Shown: in pieces, positions 49,010 to 59,510 of the stretch
How the letters are laid out: every line of letters starts with the position of its first letter
Numbering within the stretch: position 1 is the stretch's first letter
From: Raillietiella orientalis
Lineage: Eukaryota
NCBI GenBank assembly: GCA_036172245.1
Contig: JAYWIR010000045.1
Coordinates: forward strand, 434,001-498,000
Direction of reading: 5' to 3'
Length of the DNA: 64,000 nt
The notes under the pieces: generated by a model
Seen by the model: the letters and a program-made list of their open reading frames with translations, nothing else
What the model was told of the DNA's origin: nothing
The model's database searches: none
Made by a program: the position numbers and the translations under genes

Positions 49010-50289
49010 TTTTTTTTTTTTTTTTGGTTCTCAAGGAGTACTGAAGAACCGTTCGCCTCCAAGAAGCTCTTTAGCGCTCTCCACGCCAACCAAGAGTCTG
49101 TGTAACTCTTCAAGTTATAGGGGGGTATCTCGGGAGGGGAACGTCCTATGAATCCAGGAAGGGTTCCAGAGAGGGGAGTCCGTTCCTCTCACGCCTGGAG
49201 AGGGATCCTCAAAGGGAATCTCCTTCCTTATTCTCTTCAGAGGGACCCCTCGGAGGGGGAAGCTCCATTATTTCCTCTCTGAAGGAACCACGAAAGGATC
49301 TTCTCCTGGAATTTCTCTCTTCGGAAGGAACCGCAAGGGAACCACTCCTTGTTTCCTCCTTCTCTGAAGAGAACCCTGAAGGGATGCTTCCCAATTTTCA
49401 CTGAATGGTCCGCTCCCCGAAGGGAGCAGCCCACTTCTCGACACTCTGGAGAGCTATCGATCCACCAGCTCCGTGGTATGCGATGGAGGGTCCTCTTGGA
49501 GGAAGGAGACGGCTCCATTTGCACAACTGGAGGGGAACCCCGAAGGACTTCTTGGTTCCTGAAGGGACCCTGGAGGGTCGACTTCCAGTCCCAGACGCTC
49601 AACGGGGGCATCCAGTTTCCGGATTCCATTAGTGCTGCGCCTGTCGGCAACGTTTTAAAGGCGTTTTAAAGATCCACTTCCTGAGCGACGCCATCACGCC
49701 GACCGCTTCCCTCGCAGCACTTTGCTGTCTACGCGGAGGGACCGTGGCTGCATGGAGCAACTCCAGAGGAGGCCAGAATGACAGGGACGCCATCTATTTT
49801 GCTGTCCTCTTCATGAGGATAGCGTCAAGATGTCCTCATCTAGCAGTCATGAAACAGGAACTTGTCGGCATCCTTACAAAGTGCAGAGGGCACCTTCCAG
49901 CACACAGTGATCCCTTTCCGAACCCCCCACTTCCCCATTCTTTGACTGCGTTCTTCGTTTTATTTTTTTCTTTTTGTTTGTCTCCCCTTCTTCTGTGCTG
50001 CCGAGGCGAAGCCTGCTGGTTAGCGTGCCAGTTCCCGGCAGATTCCTCCTCGTAGTTATAAGTAACGTGGCAGGATCGAACGTCCTGCCACAGACGTGCG
50101 TCTTTATTTTACAAATAAACTCCCCGGAGTTACCGGGTGTCAACCAGTGCCGCACTCGAAGCCCGTGGCCTAACCAACGTCATCCCGCGACGTGTGTATG
50201 GAGACTCGTGACCCGTCTTGCACCCTCCATTCTCGGCGTCGATCCTTCCGCGGAGACCTCAGCCACACAGCTTAACCGCTATTGCTGGC
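49010..50289 (-). mobile_element. tRNA-headed SINE-like element with hairpin array, copy B (~12 units), split by a ~0.5 kb insertion
   Basis: 49010-49616 aligns to the tail and array of copies A/C. 50134-50289 aligns to their head region, with the B-box segment deleted. Poly-T at 49010-49025 is the A tail on the minus strand. Confidence 0.75.
49617..50133 (+). mobile_element. 5'-truncated non-LTR retrotransposon 3' fragment inserted in SINE copy B
   Basis: AALCCLRGGTVAAWSNSRGGQNDRDAIYFAVLFMRIASRCPHL is homologous to the element at 52000-52750. Flanked by a degenerate duplication CGGGGGCATCCAGT (49603-49616) / CGGGTGTCAACCAGT (50134-50148). Confidence 0.6.
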
Positions 50290-50294
50290 ACGCA

Positions 50295-50548
50295 TATTAA
50301 CAAAATTTTAAATAATTACTAATTCAATTTTCTTAATAATTAAAATTAAATACTACATATTTTATTTTTAAAATTTATATATACCCCATTATTTTAACTA
50401 ATATTAAATCACATGTAAGAATCATTACTAACAGCTTTAAGCATAATTAAATCCTAAATTCAATACATATATTTCTGTCATAGTTTTAATTAAATAAGAA
50501 ATTTTCCTCTTTGATGTAAACAAAATATTCTATTAAACTATTTCTTAC
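50295..50548. other. Extremely AT-rich island, possible NUMT (mitochondrial rRNA-like)
   Basis: Sharp-edged ~250 bp segment, almost all A/T and without CpG, inside GC-rich DNA; not a simple repeat. Mitochondrial origin is inferred from composition only. Confidence 0.35.
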
Positions 50549-50552
50549 TCCA

Positions 50553-50817
50553 ACGCGGGAGACTCTTCGTGCCCAGAGGCACACGGGGATGTTGATCTGG
50601 ACGCTGCCATCCTAACTCCTGGTCGACTGTGGCCCAGGATTTCATCAAGAGCCTACGTCTTCCAAGGTCGACAGTTCCGGGCGCTCTGCAAGAGGACAGA
50701 GAAGTCTATTCGGTCGGTTTGTTTGAAGACACCATTCATTGCGCTGTCCATGGTGAGCACATGACAATCATGCGAGAGGGTCTGAAGCTGACCCCGCGCA
50801 TTCGAGACGAGTTTGGC
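50553..50817 (+). pseudogene. H3: Histone H3 pseudogene, 3' (histone-fold) part
   Basis: RETLRAQRHTGMLIWTLPS*LLV / VAQDFIKSLR...ALQEDREVYSVGLFEDTIHCAVHGEHMTIMREGLKLTPRIRDE, versus [35 protein letters not shown]...[43 protein letters not shown]. Has a stop and a frameshift. Confidence 0.9.
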
Positions 50818-51999
50818 AAACAAGGAAGGCGTCCCAGGACTTCTCAGATCGGAGTGAACAAGCGTAAGCAGCGAGGAAGAAAATTACCTCCTTTTCCTCA
50901 TGGAAACGCATCCGGATGACGACCGGAATGTCCTTCGTGGTATAGCAGCGCGCAATCGGCTCGTTTCCTGTTCAGCCGAAGAAACTCTGGATCCGCTGAT
51001 GTAAACTCGCGTGAGGGAGGCTCAGCTAAGTGCCCGATGCGGACAGTGCCCACTAGGGATGGCTATGACTGCATGAGCAGCCCGGAGGGGCCTGTCAACC
51101 ACATCCTCAATGACTGCACTGGGAACTAAAAAGCAGTTACCGAGGGAGGGGCACGATGAACTGGCTGCTCCGATAGGGGAGGCTCCGCTAGGAGAGGGCG
51201 CTCTGATAGGCCCATTCCTGGAGCGGGGTCAAAACTGCGACCAGATCTGGCATTCCAGAGTAAAGGAGAAGCAACACTAGCAGACGAGATCTCCCTGCGA
51301 GCCTTCCGCTGCAGCACTAGAGGAGGCAAGATGGAGGAAGAAGAAGTACGAATTCAGAGGATTGGCTCGCCACTTCTTCGACGGAGGAGCACCAGATTCC
51401 ATCGGGCGATCTCCGTCAGATCCTTAGGAACACAAGATCAGTCCTAAGGAGACTGAGGGAACCTAAGAGATGGGAAGAGTGCATCAGGAGGCAATGGTGT
51501 GCTGCAACAGCAGATCGCTGCAGGAGGCGCAAACTGAGCCGGGTAAATCCTTGCGAGACCACAGTTTCAAGGAAAGGGAGGAGAAAGTAGAGGAGACAGC
51601 CAGACACCAAATGTAGTCGACAGTCCCCTGTCAACTCTTGCACCCTCCGGCACATCATCTTTTGTTTATGCTGGCAGAAGAAAGAACACCTGCTTCTAGC
51701 AGCGGCCAGCAGCTTTCTCCTTTTCCTCTCTTTTCTTTGAATCAGAAGATTCTGAAGGAGGCGAAGGATGCAATGGTCTTATGATTCTGAAGTCCGGAGT
51801 TCTTTTGCGTTCGTCGCTGTTTCTCCTCGGGGGTGTTCCGACGAAGGGAAAGGCATGCGCTCTTCGAAATGGCACGGCTCCGGTTGGCGCATGAGCCGTC
51901 TGGTGTGCAATGCGCCAAAAGTTTTCACCCAGCTTCTCTGGGGCGTCCATTTAAAGATAAAATAGACATTTGCAGTTTGTGCGCTGGTCCAACCACTTG

Positions 52000-52750
52000 T
52001 ATATACCCTGCCGTTTTACCGGTTCGCAGACGGGTAAGGTCCATCACAACAGCAGAGGGGAGGGGCCAAACAGAAAGAAAAATAAACAAAATGAAAATAA
52101 AACAATTTGGAGGGAAGGGAGGTACGGAAGGGATCACAGTCTGCTGGGAGAGATCCTCTGCATCCTTTGGAAGATGCAAGCGAAGTCTCTTTAGATAGAT
52201 GTCCAGGTGGGGCAATCTGACCGCTATCCGCAGAAAGCCAAGAGCGAAGTGGATAGCGTCCCTGTCGTTGGTTCCTCCGTTGGCATCGCTCCATGTTGCC
52301 ACGATTCCACGAAGGCAGCAAAGCACTGTAAGGATGTGGCTGGCTGCAGGGCGTCCCGCACAAAGAGGAACCGCTTCACGTCTCTGGGGTTTGCGGCCGA
52401 AAGAGCAGGCGCCGAAAGAGGCAGAGAGGGCATCCTGCTGTTGCTTCCGCTTATACGCCAGCGAGCGACGACGGTGGGGGAAGTGCGAGAACTGTTGCCT
52501 GCCGATGGCCTTCCGTGCTCACTGAGGACTCCGAGGAGATTCCTTGATGAACCGTTGCGAGCTCAACTCGCAGGCGTCCTTCCGCTGCACTCACCACCGC
52601 AACTGTGCGTGGTGGAAAGTCCTGCACTAGTCGGAAAAATACCTAAGCTCAGCGTTGTCCCCGGGACTTTTGTTTACTGGGAGGCAAGCGAACTGCCGGG
52701 ACGGGAAGTTGGCTTCCTTCAGAGCCCGATGAGCGAAGTTCTGTGACAAG
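52000..52750 (-). mobile_element. Non-LTR retrotransposon 3' fragment (degenerate CCHC knuckle plus 3' UTR)
   Basis: VPLCAGRPAASHILTVLCCLRGIVATWSDANGGTNDRDAIHFALGFLRIAVRLPHL followed by a T-rich 3' UTR; homologous to 49640-50060. Confidence 0.6.
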
Positions 52751-53849
52751 GAAAAACATTGGATTCTTTAGCGGAAGCACTGAAGGGGGAGGAGGAGGAA
52801 TGAACCAAAATGAATCAATCAATAGCAGACAGAGAGAAAAAGCTCCATTCCCCCTCCATCTCTCTGCTATTTATTGATAAGAAGGTCTGGAACTCCCCTT
52901 TTGTCTTCCGCAAAGTTCCTGAGCGACATCGGCCGTCGTTTTCCCCCACTGCGCCTCTGCCGTTCCTCGCCTCGAAGAAAGGTTAGGTGAATGTCCTCGC
53001 GGTGCTTCTGGTTGCAGTTCTGGAGTCCTCAGTAGTCATCCAGTCACGACGGCATTGATGTGGTACGAGGATGTGGTCAGGCACAGGCGGGGGACCTAAT
53101 CCAAATGCTCTGCTCCCTAGGATGCCCTCTGTGGGGTGTTGTGCAGAGCTCGAGATGGGATTAAAGTCTTCTCCCGAACTCGTAACTAAGGACGGCACCA
53201 TGCTCCAGCAACTGATATGATCAGGGGGAAAAGGGGTTTTCCAGCTGAATCCATTCTGCGAAAAGACCCCGTTTCTCCCTGATCATTACCATTTTCTCAC
53301 CTTAAAGGAGATCTCTCGCCGTGCCGGTTGGCACCCGTTGGCTCTCTCTCTAAGGGCTATAGGCAAGTGCATGGATCCAATCTTCGGATCCAACGACATC
53401 ACCACTGAAGAAGAAAAGGAAGAGGAGAGGGGAAGAGACTTACTGAGCTTCCGAAGAGGACGGAAGGAGTGTTTCCCTTGACTGGCGTCTGTCGCATCGG
53501 CTGTCTCAGGTGTTCTCGACCCGCTTTCCCTGACGTCTCGCGCTAGAGTTGGTAAGGCAGCGGCAGAAGCATTCTATGGGAGCAGGTGATGCAGTGCTTT
53601 GGAGTGGCTCCGTTAAAAAATCAGGGACAGAACTAGCCTGGGATATTGCCCTGTTTTTCGCCTCTCCAGACAGAAGAACGAGCAGAAGTTTGGAGATCCG
53701 ACGGGCATCCGACCTGCTGATCTCCTCGAGGTTTGCTGAAGGAGACCACTTCAGCTCACCAGAGAATGAAAGCCCCCCACTTTTCTCTTTACGCCAACTT
53801 ACGTCCGGAAGCGACTGCTTGATCCTACCCTGATCTTTCCCGCTGAACT

Positions 53850-54720
53850 CCTCGAGTGTATCTTTGATCGGAAGAGGATACCCGCTTTTCCTCTCGCTTT
53901 CTCTCTTGGGACCGGTTCTCTGAAGTAAGACGTTGGACGCACCCCTTCGGAGCAAACTGTCACCCTGCAAGTCCAGCCGGATCGTCTAGGAATAAAGTCA
54001 GCAGGCGCAGTTTGGTCGCTTTCGAGACGATCCAGATAGCGTTCACAGCTGTCTGCACCTGATGCTGCTCGAGAGTCTCCAAACCGAACGAAACGCCAGA
54101 GCAAGGTCTTCCTTCCTGAGGACCATTTGCTAAAAGAGAACACCGTCATCAGCATAAGTGGGAGCTCGTGAACTGTGTATCTCCCTCATCTCCTCCAAAC
54201 TGAGAATTCCTGGCAACAGAGAAAAGGCAGGGTGCGGATACTTCATCCCGCTTGCGAGCGAGAGCTTCGGTGGTATGCGCACCATCTCCGAGGAACGAGA
54301 ACGCTTTTTACACGATGAACGAGACAGCCTCCTTCGCAGACCTTCTAAAACTGACATTAAGAGATGAAGCAGCAGCTTGGCGAACGGAAGCCGAAGGAAA
54401 AGAAAAATTCCGCACCACTGCTGCATGAATCCCTGGTAAGTTGGGTAGTCCTGGGTTGCCCTCAGCAACTATTGTATGGAGTCATTCTGTATCCATCGAG
54501 TATCCGAAGGACTTCCCGGCTGCTCTCGAAGATATCCAGGAAGGAGTTTCATTTAAGCTTTATCATTATTATTCGTTACTATCGAGAGAAGATTCGTTGC
54601 AGCCGCTGCCTCATCTCGATGCTGATGACCCGGTGTGCTATGGCTGAACCTGAAAGGAGGGTGAGTTGCAAACTTTCTCTGAAGGTCTCAAGAGATCTAT
54701 TTTCAAGAGTGGGACTGTCT
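53850..54720 (+). mobile_element. Decayed CR1/L2-like reverse transcriptase relic
   Basis: In the expected order: GYP...SLLGPVL (cf. GVPQGSVLGPLL), RFRDD (cf. LFADD), LLHESLV...IVWSH...ALEDIQ (cf. LYKSLVRP.LEY..VWSP...LE.IQ), YREKI. Confidence 0.45.
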
Positions 54721-57700
54721 CCTGGAGATCTTCCCCTATCACGTGCTACCTCTATCTCTTTGCAGTGGGATGCAACCAAAGTTGAGAAATAAGAGTATCT
54801 GACACGCCGGTCACTTTCCCAGACCGGTCGCTAGAAGCGTGGGCGATGGCCCTCAGAAGCCATGTCTTCGATAACTCCAGCACGAAACAATAAAGGAACT
54901 CACTCCTACTCAGATTTTGTCGACCGCATCCACAGCAAGGAAACGGAGTGGGCAGAAAGGAGAGGGGGAGCGAAGTGCTCCACTGGACAACCACCGTTGT
55001 ATCTTCAGAATTTGCTCTAGCTGGCGGAGAGATTCTTTTTCTTTTTTTTGTCAGTCTGCGAAAATTTCATGTCTCCAAGCTGAGCGGCTTCTTGGGTCCG
55101 ACCAGCGGAAACTTTTTCTGCACCCTCCAATTTTGAGGTCCGGAAGTGCAATCAGAAGAAGGAGTCAGCATCCTTTGATACCTCCGGGGTTTTACTGCGG
55201 GCCATGTGCTCCTTTCTCAGTGTTCAGCTGCTAAGAGAGATCGCGCTCCTGAAATCCCAGCCAGGGAATCGTTGCTTTACTCTTGCCTGAAGCGATCCAC
55301 AACTTTAAATCCTCCTGGTTTTCACTTCCACCCTCCCCCTTGTCTCTCTTTCTCCAGGTACGAAGTCTGGAGGACATTCTCACCGATGGCTTGAAACTGA
55401 CTTTTTCGTCGAAGGAAGAGACGGTTCTACCGTCCTCGCCACCAGCTTCTGTGGTCGCTTGGCCCGAGAACCTCATTCTGGAAGCTGTTCTCGAGTCGTT
55501 CTGCTTTGCATTATTCCAGCTCTTCTTTATCTTTCCTGACTGTCTTCCTTCATCAGCAGGTTGACTTTCTTAAAGGGTGAGTGCGTCATTTCTTCGTTCA
55601 CTCATTCTTCAGTCTCCAGTTCGCATGGCTATCAAGGAGCGCCTTCAGACGCAAGCGGTCCGCAGCGGCTGGCTCTCCCGTGGCCAGTGGCCAGTTGTTT
55701 CTCTAAAATGCTCTTTCTCCAGGCCGACGACATCTCGTATGGGTTGGTAGCAGCTCATGAAAGAATCTTCCGCACTCCCCAGAGGAAATGCATCGACCGA
55801 CTGGGGTGGAGCAAAGCCTTCGCGGAAGATAAAGTATTCCGTCCGCAGTCAAATCTTTGGGCGGGGTGATGCGTCACGCGAGCTTCTGTGTGGTCTTACC
55901 GGGCACGCAAAAAGGGCGGTTCCTTCGTATCCTCAAGCCAGCCTTCCGCGAGTCTTCCGCATTGCGGGTTAAGCCCTATTGCTGCAGGACGGAGGGGGAG
56001 GGGTCTCTAGACGAAGCGGAGGACTCCAATAATACTGCTACCTTCATGACAGACTACCACCAGTGATCTCTCCAGGACCTTCATAAAAACAGGCAGCTTC
56101 AGCAGGGCGCCGAGATCGGCGAGAAGAGCGAATTTCCAAAATGCAAGAGGAAAGGATGAAAGGAAGAAAACGGGGAGGAGGAAAAAAGAACTTGTCGTCT
56201 GCCACAGGCGCGCATCCCGTAGCTTCTCAGAGGCCATTGGGTAGCCGAGTAAGATTGCTGCGAAACGGCATTCTTGATTTGCTGCAGTAACATCCCCACC
56301 AGGAGCCCATGGCAACGGCAGTTCCAGGCGAGCTCGCTGGCAACTTCATCTGATTCTTTTCTCCTCAAAATACGGGAGTTGCCCTTCTCTTTGTTGGAAG
56401 ACGTTCTCCCGAAGTTCCTCAAGGCAGAACCATCCCGGCATAAATAACTCCTGAGAGCCACCCGCCCCCTGGGACGGTTGCTTCGGGCAACAAGTCACAA
56501 CGCTCACTCTTTATCGCGCCCCAGCTTCCCTGGTCGTCATCGTCCCGCTGTGCGCAGTAACCAACACCTCCCATGGCACTCGATGAGCGTCGCACCGGGC
56601 GCCCCGCGACCCAACCCTCAGTTCCGGTTCACCAGTATGGGTTCGCTGGTCACTATCGTGGATCCCCGAGCTTCAGAATGAGAGTTGTGCCAGGCTTGTC
56701 GCCCTTTCAGAGGTCGAAGACAGGTTAAGGTTATTTCAGGAGCTTCGAGGCCTCTTATCATTCGCCTTACCAGATGACACTTTCTTGTTTCCTTCCTCTT
56801 CGACGAGCGTCACCTATCCCGAGGGAGACATGGCCAAGAGGTGGCTCGATTCGTCCTTCTCCCCTTCGTCCTACACCCAGCAAGTGACGACCGATGGGCG
56901 CTCCAAGGTCTCTACAACCCCCTCCAGACTTAGTCCTGAACAGGCAAGATTTGCAATCTCAGTCGGTTTCTAGGACACGGGAAACCTCACCAGTTGGGAA
57001 GGAAGCGCTTCAGAGTACAGCTCAGTCTGGCATAGAGGAAAAATTCAACACGTGTGATGTGAAGTAATGCTGCTTGAGACCCCTCTAAACTTCCCTCAGA
57101 CTTCGTCCTGACCAGATGCAGTTCACTATTTAAACAGATGGCGGCTCCTGGTAGTGGTTTAAACAGATGGAGCAGAAGCTCTGCGAAGTGTGATTTGTGA
57201 TCATTTGTTAGGAGTTTGAAAAAGGAAAATCTGAACGCTAGAGTGGTGGTCCAGACTGCCTCCTCCACCCTCTGGAACGTGGAATTGGGAACCGGAGAGC
57301 TGAAAACGAAAGGAACACAACCTAGCGTCCCCAACTTTGCTTGCTTTCCCAAACCTCCGTTAAGCTCAAAATTGGATTCGTCGTCCTCTAAGCGAGAAGC
57401 CATCGGCGGTCCCCTTTAGGCAATGCACTCATCTGAAGACCTCAGTGCTCCCTTCGCCGAAGCCAGGAACCGGTTATTTGCTAACAGACAATACTATTGT
57501 TCGTCTCTTGACCTTGATTGCCACACTTGATTGCTTGTGGTCCACTTTTTGACTATCAATTCTTGTTGATCGTAAATCTTTTCGACACCCAGCAAACACG
57601 CTCTCTCTGAGCCTTCTAAACATCCGGCTGGCATCAGAAAGGAAGGTTTTTCTCAAGTGCGCCGCTCCTTCGCCGACGACGGCTCCGACCCGGGGGTATC

Positions 57701-58094
57701 CATCAAGCCGACGGGCTCCCACTTTCCCTTTCGTCGGGGATTTCCATTTCCGTGGGTATCGTCCGCAATTCAACTTTCTAGCGCATGTCTGAAGGGTGAT
57801 ATCCGTCTTAATTTATTTTTTCTCTTCTGTGATGGGACTCTCTCAGCAGTGACACGCTCCCTATCTAATCATCCATGCAGTGGCAATCATTATTTCGATC
57901 TTGTTGCTGACTGTCGGCATTCGAACTGCAGCTCGGAAGATTTTCCGATTGAGATTCCCCGAAAAAAAAAAAAAGAAAAAAAAGCCATGGCATTTCTTTT
58001 CTGCCTCGAGAAAGTGGTCGTCATTAGCTTTCCACGTGACCGCCTCGTCGCAAACCGCAAGGCGGCGAGTGGTAGGGTCCAACCTGCCTTCCCT

Positions 58095-58872
58095 ATTTTC
58101 TTTCTTTTTTTTCTCGGGTTTTCTCTTTTCTTGGTTTGTTAAGTGCTGGAGAACCATTCTGCTCCTTAGGGAAGAAAGAAGCTCACAAAGCTCCTCAACA
58201 CTACCCACGCCATCTGAGGTTGCGTACAACTCCTCAGGCTATTAGGGGTAACCCTGGAGGGACTACTCTATGAATCCAGGAAGGCTCCAGAGGAAGAAGT
58301 CCGTTTTCTCTTACGCCTGGGAGGGAACTCTGAAGGGAAACCTCTTCCTCATTCTCTCCGGAGGCACTCCCTGGAGGGGGCCTCTCTTGGAATTTCCTGT
58401 CCAGAAAAAAACCCTCAAGGGAACCGCTCCCTGTTTTCTTCTCCTCTGAAGAGAACCCTGAAGGAACGCTTTCAAATTGCTCTGAATGGTCTGCTTCCTG
58501 AAGGGAAGCAGAGCACTTCTAGACGCTCTGGAGAGGTATCGATCCACCAGCTTCGTGATGCGCGATGGAAGTTCCTCTTGGAGGGAGGAGACGGCTCCAT
58601 TTGCACAACCGCAGGGGAAAGACCCCGAGGGGAACCGGCTCCTTGATTCTTAAAAGCACCTCGGAGGGCTAGCCTTCGATCCCAGCCAGTCAACGAGCTC
58701 ATCCAGTGTCGCACCGCAAGCCTGTGGGCCAACCAGAGTCGTCCTGCGGGAGGAACTCGAAACCTACGGCGCACCCCCGTTCTCGGTGTCAATCCTTCCC
58801 CGGGTGGGATTCGAACTCGCAACGCTTGGCACCAAGCTCTGAGGTCACAGCCACACGACCGCCAATGCGGGC
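58095..58872 (-). mobile_element. tRNA-headed SINE-like element with hairpin array, copy C (~11 units; best-preserved head)
   Basis: Minus-strand head GCCCGCATTGGCGGTCGTGTGG...GCGAGTTCGAATCCCACCCGGGG (58872-58798) with an A-box-like and a canonical B box (GAGTTCGAATCC). Body collinear with A and B; A-rich tail at the left end. Confidence 0.8.
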
Positions 58873-59228
58873 CAAGAAGGAAACCTCGTGCCGAGGGAAA
58901 GATCAAGAAGAAAAAACGAAAAACAACAAAAGAGGCCCTCTTTGCTGCCAATTGGAAGTTCCTGGGCACGCATTAAGGAACCGAGTCCCGCCGACTCTTG
59001 CCTCTTCCCCCTGAAAGAGTCGCAGCCACTCTTGAATGCTACACGCTCTGGCTGTTGCACTACTCACCACCACCACCACCTGTGCTCGAACCCTTTGGCA
59101 CTGAGATGCAGTCCGGTGGAGATCGCTGCTCGGATGACCCAAGTTTAGCCCTGGCATCAGTTGAAGTTTCCTCCTACGTTCGACAGTCACCGATCTGATA
59201 AAGAAGGAAGTCTCTCCAGAAGGAATAA

Positions 59229-59510
59229 ATGCTAACGACGACCAGCAACAGCGTGTTGGACTCTGAGCGTCGAGAGTTTCCAATGCAGCACGAGGATCAC
59301 CTAAATCCGGAAGGTTCTTTCGAAGGGCAGTCGGTGCCGAAGGCAGAGTACCAGGAGTGCCAGGGAGAGCGCGCCGCTCGAGTGGTGCACCCGGATCAGC
59401 TGAAGATGGAAGGGGAGTTTAGCGGCGTGAGCAGCACGAGCGCCGACTTCCGCCCGATGGTGTCTACCCCGCGAGCGAAGCCAAAGCCCACGAAGATCAC
59501 TTGAGGACAG
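59229..59510 (+). pseudogene. Fragment of a repetitive protein with HEDHLxPEGxF repeats (SAXO/MAP6 Mn-motif-like); frameshifted
   Basis: HEDHLNPEGSFEGQSVPKAEY...GERA...HPDQLKMEGEFSGVSSTSADF, then HEDHLR in a shifted frame (~59489-59506). Internal ~35 aa periodicity and strongly coding-like codon use. Confidence 0.45.

Noticed and set aside
58252..58668. CRISPR-like repeat-spacer array
   Set aside because: Cores are only ~10 nt and degenerate, linkers are shared between dispersed copies, there are no cas genes, and the context is a eukaryotic SINE.
58798..58872. Functional tRNA gene
   Set aside because: It has a B box and tRNA-like length but no clean cloverleaf or anticodon arm, and it is the head of a repeated element.
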